IMG/VR virus record: IMGVR_UViG_3300033143_006101
Span: 186,001 to 250,000 of that record
Direction: 5' to 3' (one strand)
DNA length: 64,000 nt
Below are positions 42,579 to 52,263 of the stretch, piece after piece. The position numbers and the translations under genes are program-made. Below the pieces are notes generated by a model. The model had not been told where the DNA came from. It was given only the letters and a program-made list of their open reading frames with translations, and made no database searches. Positions within the stretch are counted from its first letter, which is position 1. Each line of letters starts with the position of its first letter.

Positions 42579-43742
42579 ATGTGGGCAGAAGGAATTGAAA
42601 GAAAGTCCGTGGCAAATGTTACTCCAAGTAAATATGATGAGAGACTTCTTAATCCTAAAGCTTTCGGTGGAATGAATACTGCAGGTAAGCACACTGCTTC
42701 TGCAGAAGACATGTTTAACTCTAAGGGAGAACTTAATGCTTATAGCAAAGAAGACGCTATAAATCAGCAAATGAGATTCGCTCAACTTAGAGCTAATTAC
42801 CAAAGACCTGGAAAACAAGCCCAGTCTTACTTCACACCAGAAGAAAGACAAAGAATAGTTGAATCCGTTTTTGCTGCTGATGAGCAGGAAAGACTTAGAT
42901 TCGGTGCGGAGATGATCCCATTGATTCTTGACAGATTGGACTATGAAGGTTTTATTCGTCAGGTTTTTAGAACCCATCAACTTGCACAAGGACAGATTAA
43001 CTCCTATGAAAAGGACGTTAATGTTACTGCTCTTGTAATACATGAAGATGGTCAGACAATCGAAAGCGTAGTTAAAGGTAATAGAATTTTCCCACCAGAA
43101 TTCTTAGTAACAGCAATGCCAAAAATTACTATCTCTGAAATCGCAACACGTCAATACGACATAGTAGATAGAACACATGACAAGACTACTTTCCAAATCA
43201 TGCTAACTGAGGACAGAAATGGTCTTAGAGAATTGTATCAGTCAGCTACATTAGAGAACTCACTAATTAACGTGACTTCAACAATTAGCAAGAGTGTTCT
43301 TGAAACACTACAATACGAAGTCGAAAGACACAGATTGCTCGTTGATAAGTTTATTATGAACAGAGCTGAACTTGGTGACTTGAAGAAAAATATTAACGCA
43401 ATTGATTACGATCCAATCACATCTCGTGACCTGTTATTAACAGGTATATTTGGATCAATCTGGGGAGTTAACATCTATGTAACAGCTGGTGTTGACGAAG
43501 CAGGTATTGAAAACGTATCTGTACCAGAAGGAATGATCTTCGCAGTAACAGAAGGAAGATATTTAGGAGCAATGCCTATTAGGGTTGACCTTACTGTACT
43601 TCCTGCAGATCAATTCATTTTTGGAGCACCTCAATATGGTTGGTTGTTCGTTGAGCAAATTTCTCAAGTTGTTGTTAATCCAAGATCTGTAGCGTGTGCC
43701 GTTAAGAGCAGTGCGACCGTGCCTCAGTGGATGAGTGCATAG
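42579..43742 (+). CDS. major capsid protein (HK97 fold)
   Basis: 387 aa, strong RBS, biased codon use, followed by strong terminator; position after scaffold/decoration genes. Confidence 0.85.
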   Translation: MWAEGIERKSVANVTPSKYDERLLNPKAFGGMNTAGKHTASAEDMFNSKGELNAYSKEDAINQQMRFAQLRANYQRPGKQAQSYFTPEERQRIVESVFAADEQERLRFGAEMIPLILDRLDYEGFIRQVFRTHQLAQGQINSYEKDVNVTALVIHEDGQTIESVVKGNRIFPPEFLVTAMPKITISEIATRQYDIVDRTHDKTTFQIMLTEDRNGLRELYQSATLENSLINVTSTISKSVLETLQYEVERHRLLVDKFIMNRAELGDLKKNINAIDYDPITSRDLLLTGIFGSIWGVNIYVTAGVDEAGIENVSVPEGMIFAVTEGRYLGAMPIRVDLTVLPADQFIFGAPQYGWLFVEQISQVVVNPRSVACAVKSSATVPQWMSA

Positions 43743-43775
43743 CCAATATCTGACCAGTAATTAAATTTGTAAAAT

Positions 43776-43807
43776 AAAACATCCTCTCAAATAGAGAGGA
43801 TGTTTTT
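43776..43807 (+). terminator. intrinsic terminator after MCP
   Basis: AAAACATCCTCTC-AAATA-GAGAGGATGTTTTT. Confidence 0.85.
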
Positions 43808-43888
43808 AGTTAGATGTTATAAAAATACAAAGAAGTGCGAAAAATAAAAATTCTTGACAATGACATATAATAAATATTAAAAAGTATA

Positions 43889-44857
43889 ATGAAAAAATTA
43901 ACTATAGAACATATGCATAATATTGCTAAAGAAAGAAAAGGCGAATGCTTAACCAAAATATATAAAAATAATAAAGAAAAAATGATCTGGAAATGTGAGG
44001 TTGGGCATATATGGAAAGCTATATTTTTAAGCATACAAAAAGGAACTTGGTGTCCTAAATGTTATGGAAGAGGTATATATTCTTTTGACGCACATTTTTT
44101 TGATAAAATTAATACAGAAGCAAAAGCTTACTTTTTTGGTTTTTTATTGGCAGATGGATATAACCCAGAAAAAAGAAATGATATAATTTTACAACTTGAT
44201 AAAAAAGATATAGAAATTCTTTATCAATTTAAGAAGATAATTAAATCAACATATCCTATTTATCAATATAATTATCTCCATAAAAAAGGGGGATGCCCTT
44301 GTGTTTTTAGAGTTAACAGTCATTATATGAGTAAAGTACTTTTTAATCATGGAATGGTTCATAACAAAACAGAAAGTTTAGATTTTCCTATATGTATTCC
44401 TGATCATTTATTACATCATTTTATTAGAGGTTTTTTTGATGGAGATGGTTCCTTTAAAAAAGATAAAAATAGTTTAAATTTTGTTATCTGTGGAACTATA
44501 AATGTTTTATCAAAATTACGAAACATATTAATCAAAAAATGTTTTCTTAAAAGACATAATAAATTATATTTTCCAAAAAAAATGCCTTCATATTTTAGAA
44601 CTTTATCATATTCGGGTAATGATGCTTTGCGAATAAGAGATTATATGTATAATAAAGCTACATTATACTTATTAAGAAAATATAATATTGCTTTTTCATA
44701 TGACTATAAATATAGAGGAAAAGAAGTAGTAGAAATGAATAAAGAAAAAATTAAGCAATTATATTTAAAAGGAAAAAAAATATATGAAATAGCTAAGATA
44801 ATAAAATGTGATCGACATCTTATAAGCCCAATATTAAAAAATTTAAGAATTCATTAA
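43889..44857 (+). CDS. free-standing LAGLIDADG homing endonuclease with N-terminal zinc ribbon
   Basis: WKCEVGHIW...WCPKC; KAYFFGFLLADG; HFIRGFFDGDGS. Confidence 0.88.
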   Translation: MKKLTIEHMHNIAKERKGECLTKIYKNNKEKMIWKCEVGHIWKAIFLSIQKGTWCPKCYGRGIYSFDAHFFDKINTEAKAYFFGFLLADGYNPEKRNDIILQLDKKDIEILYQFKKIIKSTYPIYQYNYLHKKGGCPCVFRVNSHYMSKVLFNHGMVHNKTESLDFPICIPDHLLHHFIRGFFDGDGSFKKDKNSLNFVICGTINVLSKLRNILIKKCFLKRHNKLYFPKKMPSYFRTLSYSGNDALRIRDYMYNKATLYLLRKYNIAFSYDYKYRGKEVVEMNKEKIKQLYLKGKKIYEIAKIIKCDRHLISPILKNLRIH

Positions 44858-44863
44858 AAAATT

Positions 44864-44892
44864 TTGACTTTGCCTATAGAAATGTGTATATT
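44864..44892 (+). promoter_or_regulatory. sigma70-type promoter
   Basis: TTGACT-17 bp-TATATT upstream of 44921. Confidence 0.65.
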
Positions 44893-44920
44893 CCTCTAAT
44901 TTTCTAAAAGGAGGTAAATT

Positions 44921-45403
44921 ATGACAACAGAAGTTAAGAACCAAGAAGATGTGGATTGTTTTAATAGTACTGCAAAACATATCGAGTTTGTCAAACGTTA
45001 CATGCAGAAAGTTTTATCGCTCCTACAACAACGGGCAGGGGCACATGATAAATCTAAATTAAAAGAACCGGAATTTGAGTTATTTGCTAAATACACACCT
45101 GAATTAGCTGGCTTAACATATGGTTCAGATGAATACAAAGAATGCATATCTAAATTAGCTCCTGCTTTAGAACATCACTATGCTAAAAATAGGCATCATC
45201 CGGAACACTTTAAAAACGGCATTCGAGACATGAATTTAATAGATATAATAGAAATGTTTGTTGATTGGTATTGTGCGGCAATGAGACACAATAATGGAAA
45301 TATTAGAAGAAGTATAGAATACAACCAGGAAAGATTTGATTTTTCAGATGATATTACTAAGATTTTTTATAATACCATCGAAATTTTGGACATTTCTAAT
45401 TAA
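44921..45403 (+). CDS. DUF5662-like (HD-related) protein
   Basis: HIEFV, HDKSKL, LTYGSDEY, ALEHHYAKNRHHPEH. Confidence 0.75.
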   Translation: MTTEVKNQEDVDCFNSTAKHIEFVKRYMQKVLSLLQQRAGAHDKSKLKEPEFELFAKYTPELAGLTYGSDEYKECISKLAPALEHHYAKNRHHPEHFKNGIRDMNLIDIIEMFVDWYCAAMRHNNGNIRRSIEYNQERFDFSDDITKIFYNTIEILDISN

Positions 45404-45531
45404 ATTAGAAAAATTTTTGTAAAATAATCTGTGTTTCGGCTTTATATAGATAAGGGCTATAACAATAGTTTATAGGTCGGAACACAGATTATACTAAATA
45501 AATAAATATATAGAGACTTTGGAGTTATACA

Positions 45532-46383
45532 ATGAACGACGTTTTCCTATTACAAAATAGGTGGAAAGTACAAAATATTGTACATAACTGTAAACATAAA
45601 AAACACAAGAAATTGATTATGGATAGTTTTTTACTTTCTCGAATAACACGAAGAACTGAAGAACAAACTAAATTATTACATATTAATATAAAAAAACTGG
45701 TGGAATTAAATAAGAAGAAGGATTGTAGCTTTTCTAGAGATACTATGTGTTTACTATTTCTTCCTTTAATAATAAAAATAACTACAGAATTATATTACAA
45801 ATATTGTAGAAAACATTATCTCAGAATAATGTATAAAGATATATTTCAAGAAGGGTTCGTTATATTTTTAAAATTATTAGACAAGTATGATAATAGAAAA
45901 TCCGCTTTTCCTTATTATATAAAAATAATGTTAAAATTCCATTTAAAATATTATGTATTGGAGGTTATTAAATATATTAAGATGACATCTACCAGAATGG
46001 TGGCCAATTCTCTGGCTGTGGATAGGAGTTGTGCATCTGAACATAAAGTAGTGTTAAATGTATTGGTAAGTATACTTTATCAAGATATCATAGATATAAT
46101 CAAAATAATTAGAGTATCAAGAAATAGAGCACCCAGAACAATTAAAACTGTTTGTGATGAATTACTTCTTGGTCCTAATACAATACAGGGAGTAGCCACG
46201 AAATTAGGACTAACATATCATTCGATATATCAAGTTTATCAAAGAATTCAAGTAAAAGTAGCAGAAATGATTAATAATAATAAATATGCTACTTGTCATG
46301 TGGATATTAATATTGCTTCTGCTACAGTATCAGGAAGTAACACTTATAATTTTACTGTACGTAATAGAAAATTCAATGAATAA
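45532..46383 (+). CDS. phage-encoded sigma70-family-like factor
   Basis: region-2-like KDIFQEGFVIFLKLLDKYDNRKSAFPYY; region-4-like HTH TIQGVATKLGLTYHSIYQVYQRI. Confidence 0.65.
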   Translation: MNDVFLLQNRWKVQNIVHNCKHKKHKKLIMDSFLLSRITRRTEEQTKLLHINIKKLVELNKKKDCSFSRDTMCLLFLPLIIKITTELYYKYCRKHYLRIMYKDIFQEGFVIFLKLLDKYDNRKSAFPYYIKIMLKFHLKYYVLEVIKYIKMTSTRMVANSLAVDRSCASEHKVVLNVLVSILYQDIIDIIKIIRVSRNRAPRTIKTVCDELLLGPNTIQGVATKLGLTYHSIYQVYQRIQVKVAEMINNNKYATCHVDINIASATVSGSNTYNFTVRNRKFNE

Positions 46384-46636
46384 GGAGAAAAAATATGCTA
46401 GACTTAGGAGGACAAGTATTATTAGATGTATCAGAGATTATTTGGGTAGAAAAGGTTGAGGGCTCTATGGCACTAAAACTATCCTTCCGAACAGGGAAAG
46501 AACAATTTATTGAATATGATACTGAAGCAGAAATGCATACAGATTATATGATGATAAAAAGAGCTAAAGAAAGACTAACAGAGGAAATAATTAATAAAGA
46601 TATAGAAAGAGAAATTTAAATTAAAGGAGAGATGAT

Positions 46637-47518
46637 ATGAAAATAACAATTTTAGGTTGTGGAAACGCTTTTAGTAAAATCAATTATAATCAATGCTTTC
46701 TGCTAGAAGCTGACAGTAGAAAAATGTTAATTGATTTTGGAGCTAAGGCTCCTCTTGCTTTACATAATGCTGGTATAGATATCAAAGAAATTGATGATGT
46801 CTATATCTCTCATTTACATGGGGATCATATTGGTGGTCTTGAAGAAATGGCATTTTTACGTTATGATTGGTATAATAGACCAGTGCATTATAATGAAAGA
46901 TCTATTAAAGACGCTCCTCCAAAATTGATTGCTAATGAACATTTGATGGGTGATCTTTGGAAAAAATCATTGTGTGGTGGATTAGATTCAATGGAAGGTT
47001 TTGATGCTACATTAGAGACATATTTTATACCTAAACCAATAAAACCTAATAAAACATTTAGATGGATGCAGTGGGACTGTCAGCTGATACAACAAGTACA
47101 CATTATGACAGGATCTATTATATCCAGTACATTTGGTTTATTTATGGAACAAAGTGGACATCCAACTATATATTTTACTACAGATAGTCAACATTGCTCC
47201 CCGCGACAAGTAGAGATATTTTATGCTAAAGCAGATATAATCTTTCAAGATTGTGAATGTATTGGTGTAGATACTAAAGAAATGGAATTTAAATTCAGTT
47301 CGGGAATACATGCTAATTATGCTCAATTATCTGGTTGGAAATCAGCTAATAATGTTGTACTTTCTGATGAGATTAGAGCTAAAATGTGGCTCAGTCATTA
47401 TCAAGATTTTGTTACAGAAGATAAAGACTTCTTCGGTAATGTTTGTGATTGGACCGGAATGTCTTGTGCTGACGGATTTAAAGGGTTTCTTACAGTCGGA
47501 CAAGAAATAGAAGTATAA
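46637..47518 (+). CDS. MBL-fold metallohydrolase, Apyc1-like cyclic-nucleotide phosphodiesterase
   Basis: GCGNAFSKINYN, SHLHGDHIGGLEEMA, LWKKSLCGGL, FQDCE, GIHA, LSHYQD. Confidence 0.75.
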   Translation: MKITILGCGNAFSKINYNQCFLLEADSRKMLIDFGAKAPLALHNAGIDIKEIDDVYISHLHGDHIGGLEEMAFLRYDWYNRPVHYNERSIKDAPPKLIANEHLMGDLWKKSLCGGLDSMEGFDATLETYFIPKPIKPNKTFRWMQWDCQLIQQVHIMTGSIISSTFGLFMEQSGHPTIYFTTDSQHCSPRQVEIFYAKADIIFQDCECIGVDTKEMEFKFSSGIHANYAQLSGWKSANNVVLSDEIRAKMWLSHYQDFVTEDKDFFGNVCDWTGMSCADGFKGFLTVGQEIEV

Positions 47519-47600
47519 ATTATCTAAAAAAGTCCTTAAAGTTTCATCTATCCTATCTAATATTTAAGAAGTAGTAAAATATTAAATAGAGGTAGATGAA

Positions 47601-48593
47601 ATGAACCCATTAATAAAAAACCCAGATTTAATGGATAAACTCCACAAGCAATATAGTGCAAACGGAGGAATCCAAGGTCAGTTTGATGTAAATTCTAATA
47701 CTGTTTTGCCTGCACAACAAACAAGTGTAGATCAATCAGTAAACCAAGCTCCAATAGACTGGAATCAAGCAAATGATAACACAGTACCTGATTCACAGCC
47801 AAAAGTAAGGAGTGCAAGTAATGTACCTGGCCCAGGCCCATTGCCGGATCCTACAGAACCGGTACCTGTAGAAGATAAACCGGGGCAACAAGAGGCACCT
47901 ACACCTGCACCTACGCCTACACCTGCACCACAAAGATCTATACAGGACCAGATTCAAGAAGTTGAGTCTAAACTTGGGGAAGCACCGCAGAACATTGCTG
48001 ATGTTACTGCCCGGGCAAAAGCTTTCTTAGACGAATACAATGATGAAACATTTTATGTAGAGAATCAATCGAATGGGCATATTGTAATTTCTGATATGGA
48101 TATTACAATTAAGCGAGCTAAGTGTGAGGACTTGTTAAAATTTGCAACGCTTGAGGACCTTAAAAAGTCAAGAGATTTAAGAGCTATGTTAGCAAGTGCG
48201 GGATTACGCCCAATGTTAAAGAGGTTAACGCAAGAGGAATATTTAGTAAAGAAAAAACGTGAGTATGATAATAAAAGAGTTGTAGAGCAAATGAAAACAC
48301 AGCATGCTCAGACTGCTCAACAGAATCCTCAACAGCCTCAAGCACAACCGCAACAACCTCAACAAGTAACACCTAGAATAAATCCAACTATTCTAAGTAA
48401 GCTTGAGAAATTAAGACTCTCTACAGTACCAGAAAGTGCTCATTTAGGATTAACACCACCAGAATTTATTGAATGGGTGTTAACAGAAAGCTTATCATCA
48501 GAAGAATTAGATTTTGTAGCAAGTCATCCTAATGTAGTACATAACAATGAGATAAGAACAGCTGTATATCAGCGAAAGAGTGAAATAGAGTAA
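47601..48593 (+). CDS. Gln/Pro-rich hypothetical protein
   Basis: 330 aa with PT/PQ low-complexity linkers. Confidence 0.5.
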   Translation: MNPLIKNPDLMDKLHKQYSANGGIQGQFDVNSNTVLPAQQTSVDQSVNQAPIDWNQANDNTVPDSQPKVRSASNVPGPGPLPDPTEPVPVEDKPGQQEAPTPAPTPTPAPQRSIQDQIQEVESKLGEAPQNIADVTARAKAFLDEYNDETFYVENQSNGHIVISDMDITIKRAKCEDLLKFATLEDLKKSRDLRAMLASAGLRPMLKRLTQEEYLVKKKREYDNKRVVEQMKTQHAQTAQQNPQQPQAQPQQPQQVTPRINPTILSKLEKLRLSTVPESAHLGLTPPEFIEWVLTESLSSEELDFVASHPNVVHNNEIRTAVYQRKSEIE

Positions 48594-48607
48594 AGAGGTA
48601 TTGATAA

Positions 48608-48979
48608 GTGAAGAATAAAAAGATAACTGTATCTCAAGTAGATTTAAATACTGGGGATCAATTAAAAATCCCTTGTAGTTTATCAGGTGAGGACGATCCA
48701 AATCAACGAGAAGCCTCACCCAAATTTATTCATTTTATAAATGGAACAGGCAAGCTGATAGAGATCAATCTACTCAGCAAAACGGAATTATCAGAGTACA
48801 CTACTTCAACTGGAAATTTTGAAGGAATGGGAATAGCAAACGGAGCTACTTATAATAGCATGCTATTAAGCATTGATCCAGAAGATTCAAATAATCCAAT
48901 CGATTATATATTAGTCAAGAAAGCCGAAGCAGGTGATGTCTCTGCAGTATTAGATGTCTACTGCATTAACTATGTGTAA
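48608..48979 (+). CDS. hypothetical protein
   Basis: GTG start behind GAGG. Confidence 0.5.
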   Translation: MKNKKITVSQVDLNTGDQLKIPCSLSGEDDPNQREASPKFIHFINGTGKLIEINLLSKTELSEYTTSTGNFEGMGIANGATYNSMLLSIDPEDSNNPIDYILVKKAEAGDVSAVLDVYCINYV

Positions 48980-49111
48980 AAGGATCCGCTTAGAATGTCA
49001 AACTTGTCTGTTTTTCTTTACGGTAAGTAAAAAGAGATATGATAATAAAAATGAGATGATTCTCTGTCGTTATTGTGAGAGCCCTAATTTAGTACTATTA
49101 AGACATTCGGA

Positions 49112-50044
49112 GTGCACATGCTAAGATTAATTAATATTGCGGAACAAACTAGTACCGGTTTAACATTTAGTACAGAAGAAATAACAGAAAAAGATAAAGT
49201 AGCATATGTCATGTATGATACTAGTACAGGTATAGCTAATATGAATGATTATTATTCTTGGCGTACCTTGACTACTTCTACTGGAACTTCTACACTCTTT
49301 GAGTTAGATATAGACAATACTAAAAAATATCCTGGTACTGATGATAACGTATTGGATTACGATATTTTTGATCCTAAACTATTTAAAGTAATGACATGGG
49401 CAGAGCATGAAGTCATTCAAATGTTATTATCACGAATAGATTTAATTCGAAGACGATTCCCTAATCCCGGACCTACAATTTCAGATACAGATGCTATAGG
49501 GCAAGGTGGAGTAATAGGGTTTGGTGGAGGATGGGATAAAAAATTCTCTCTTGAAGAATTAAGACATATGGTGGAGGGAGCTCTTATTGAAGTAAACATA
49601 CACCCTCCGGCAACTGAATTCTGGTGGCAATATAGTAGTGAAGATAGGGATAAAGCATATAGCCCCTATCAAAGATCAGAAAGCTTAGGGATACCATATA
49701 AATTTATAGATTTAATAGTACATGGGGCCATCATTAGATGTCTTACAGCATGGGGTATTTTAGAAATCGATATTAATTTTAGTTCTTCTGATTCAGGACT
49801 AACAATAACATATGATCGTGTGGGGCACATATCAACCTGGATGCAAAATTTATTAAATGATTATAAAGAGATGAAAACTTTTATTAAGATGGATTCTATT
49901 AATAGTTATGGCGTAGGAGTCGGAACGTATCCATTTGCTGTATCAGCTCTTTGGGGTGCTGCAATGAACATGATTTCTCAAGGTGGAACAGTGCCTCTTA
50001 GTTCTATGTTAGGATTTGGAATCAGAGCAAACACACCATTATAG
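49112..50044 (+). CDS. putative head-tail adaptor/neck protein
   Basis: FSLEELRHMVEGALIEVN...DLIVHGAII...SDSGLTITYDR pattern typical of neck proteins; inference. Confidence 0.5.
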   Translation: MHMLRLINIAEQTSTGLTFSTEEITEKDKVAYVMYDTSTGIANMNDYYSWRTLTTSTGTSTLFELDIDNTKKYPGTDDNVLDYDIFDPKLFKVMTWAEHEVIQMLLSRIDLIRRRFPNPGPTISDTDAIGQGGVIGFGGGWDKKFSLEELRHMVEGALIEVNIHPPATEFWWQYSSEDRDKAYSPYQRSESLGIPYKFIDLIVHGAIIRCLTAWGILEIDINFSSSDSGLTITYDRVGHISTWMQNLLNDYKEMKTFIKMDSINSYGVGVGTYPFAVSALWGAAMNMISQGGTVPLSSMLGFGIRANTPL

Positions 50045-50057
50045 AAGGAGATTTAGT

Positions 50058-50240
50058 ATGAAAATTAACAGTAACACAGTTCAATTAGAAACAGAACATC
50101 ATCAAGCCGTTGAAACAATTATCAAAAAAATTGCTTCAGAGAATAAGATTGAAAACGTTGAATCTGTTTCAATAACTTTGGATCCAAAGCAAGGTATGGT
50201 ACAGTTTAAATCTATCAATAAAGATGAGCGTGGACAATAG
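50058..50240 (+). CDS. small protein, paralog of 32008-32265
   Basis: VETIIKKIASENKIENVESVSITLDPKQGMVQFK; ATG 50058 behind AAGGAG. Confidence 0.6.
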   Translation: MKINSNTVQLETEHHQAVETIIKKIASENKIENVESVSITLDPKQGMVQFKSINKDERGQ

Positions 50241-50243
50241 ATA

Positions 50244-50921
50244 ATGTCTTGGATAAGTGAAATACAAAGACAAATTAAACAATTAGTACCATCAACAAAA
50301 GCTTATCTCAATAAAAAGCCTGGTAGAGAAGTAGAAGCCAATTTTACAGAAAGAGCTTCGGATTTAGTATTTACTTCTGATGAGGAGATTGAGATAAAAA
50401 AAGATTTCTTAACTCTTAATAGATATTCACGACCAGGTAAATTGCGAATAGCTATTAAAGGCATAGAAATTCATTGGGTGGCTAACCCAAAAACTTCCGC
50501 AAAGTTCAATAGAAATTATTTTGAACTAAGAAAAGGAGGTAAATATGGATTTGGTTCTACACAATTTATCATTGATTTAGACGGTGATATTATTCAGATG
50601 ATACCAGAAGCAGAAATAGCTTACTCATCGGGAAGTAGTTCAGGATATAAAGATGGAATTAAAACAAGATTAGGAAGTAAAACACCTTACTATTATACTT
50701 TATCTATTGAATGTACACATACTAATTGGAAAGGTGAAATGGATCAGTCTACACATAATGCTCTTGTTGAACTATGTGTTCATCTTTGTAAGAAATATAA
50801 ATTAACAGCAAGGGATTTATATCTACATTATGATATAACAGGAAAGAATTGTCATAGATGGTTTGTAGATAACCCTGAATTATGGGGTGAGTTTAGAGAT
50901 GAGGTAGATGTAGAATTGTAA
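50244..50921 (+). CDS. N-acetylmuramoyl-L-alanine amidase (Amidase_2), probable endolysin
   Basis: IEIHWVAN, STQFIID, LSIECTH, LHYDITGKNC. Confidence 0.88.
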   Translation: MSWISEIQRQIKQLVPSTKAYLNKKPGREVEANFTERASDLVFTSDEEIEIKKDFLTLNRYSRPGKLRIAIKGIEIHWVANPKTSAKFNRNYFELRKGGKYGFGSTQFIIDLDGDIIQMIPEAEIAYSSGSSSGYKDGIKTRLGSKTPYYYTLSIECTHTNWKGEMDQSTHNALVELCVHLCKKYKLTARDLYLHYDITGKNCHRWFVDNPELWGEFRDEVDVEL

Positions 50922-50948
50922 TTTTTTTACCGACATAACATTTTTTAC

Positions 50949-50977
50949 TTGACGAAGGAGAACTAAATTGTTATATT
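50949..50977 (+). promoter_or_regulatory. sigma70-type promoter with extended -10, upstream of the tRNA array
   Basis: TTGACG-17 bp-TATATT with TG at -15/-14. Confidence 0.75.
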
Positions 50978-51150
50978 GTAAACATGAAAATGCGAAGACA
51001 AATATATTTTACCAACCCGAACCTAAAACCGAATTGCCTCTCGGTACAGGGATGGTTATGTCCAGATCATGGCACAGAGAACATCTATGCGGTGATAGGG
51101 AAAGGTAGGTCTGCTTTTCGTTAATTGATATTATTCATTATTTTACTCTC

Positions 51151-51185
51151 AAAAACGAAAGGCGAAAACCTTTCGTTTTTTTTTT
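51151..51185 (+). terminator. intrinsic terminator just before the first tRNA
   Basis: AAAAACGAAAGG-CGAAAA-CCTTTCGTTTTT plus T tract. Confidence 0.8.
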
Positions 51186-51229
51186 GGTTTTTTAATTGGT
51201 ATCTGGAGATGCTAGTTTTTTGTAGAAAG

Positions 51230-51316
51230 GGTGAGTTGGCAGAGCCCGGTTTATTGCACTGGTTTGCTAAATCAGAGGGTGTAACAGCCCCGAAGGTTCA
51301 AATCCTTCACTCACCG
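51230..51316 (+). tRNA. tRNA-Ser(GCU)
   Basis: GGTGAGT/ACTCACC acceptor, CTGGT-TTGCTAA-ATCAG, long variable arm, G73, no CCA. Confidence 0.93.
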
Positions 51317-51583
51317 AATTACTGCTAAAACAATAAAAGAAATGAAATTGTATGATATTATAGCAAAGATAATGCAAAGATAACGATTATTACTGATAAA
51401 CCAGTAATAATTCTCGAATCGCGAATAGCGAATGGAGGGCTTTATGATAGCATATCAATGTATACGTAAAAGTTGTGGTAAAATAATATCATCTCATGAG
51501 GTCTTAAGAATAAGAAGACCTGATAAAATAACTAAGAAATGTCCTCATTGTAAAGGGCAAGTTAGTAAAATACATGTGAAATA

Positions 51584-51670
51584 GGAGCGGTGGCAGAGTC
51601 TGGCTAATTGCGTCAGTCTTGAAAACTGAAGGGTGTAACAGCCCCGTGGGTTCAAATCCTACCCGCTCCG
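51584..51670 (+). tRNA. tRNA-Ser(UGA)
   Basis: GGAGCGG/CCGCTCC, TCAGT-CTTGAAA-ACTGA, same GGGTGTAACAGCCC arm as Ser(GCU), G73. Confidence 0.93.
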
Positions 51671-51682
51671 AAGGAGAATGAA

Positions 51683-51981
51683 ATGGGGGCAAACGAAAAA
51701 AACCTTGGATCCATCAAGTAGGTCGAGTTGTTGCAAATAATGCAACAGTTGTTTCCGGGGAACAAACTTTTCGATTGGTAGACACGTTAGGAATACCATT
51801 AGAAATCATCCTGGAAAGGTTCGAGCAAGAAAATATTGTAGTCCAGTGGCAAAAGTTTTATGACATGGGACTAAAAGTAGGATGGAACGAACAGACCGTA
51901 ATTGATCGAATGAAGTATGCTATTATTGATATTTATGGTATCCATTATTGGGAAGAAGTAAATAAAAGATTAAGGAGGTAA
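51683..51981 (+). pseudogene. small protein resembling an AlaRS helical segment, frameshifted near its start
   Basis: AAGGAG 6 nt before ATG 51683, which stops at TAG 51719; the -1 frame reads KKPWIHQVG...VSGEQTFRLVDTLGIPLEIILE. Confidence 0.5.
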
Positions 51982-52019
51982 TACCATGTTATAGTTAAAT
52001 CCAAGTAAGGAGAAAGATT

Positions 52020-52223
52020 ATGGCACATGGTTACAGGGCTTCCCGGATGTCTAATCATTGTGGGTATGACTATTGGAGTGCTAGAAAGCACAATAGAAAT
52101 ACCCTAAACAAAGCCAGGTGGTTAAGCCCAACAAGGCATAAATATTCTAAAAAGCTTACGTATCGAGAAGAACGAAAGATGAATAAACAAATTATTCAGG
52201 AGGACTTACATGAACTGTATTAA
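52020..52223 (+). CDS. small basic hypothetical protein
   Basis: RBS GGAG; GYDYWSAR. Confidence 0.55.
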   Translation: MAHGYRASRMSNHCGYDYWSARKHNRNTLNKARWLSPTRHKYSKKLTYREERKMNKQIIQEDLHELY

Positions 52224-52263
52224 GGAGGTTGGAGTTTTCTGACTTTAATGTTAGGAGGCTCTT

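Noticed and set aside
43854-43890. sigma70 promoter for the LAGLIDADG gene
   Set aside because: TTGACA is present, but no -10 consensus lies at 16-18 bp spacing
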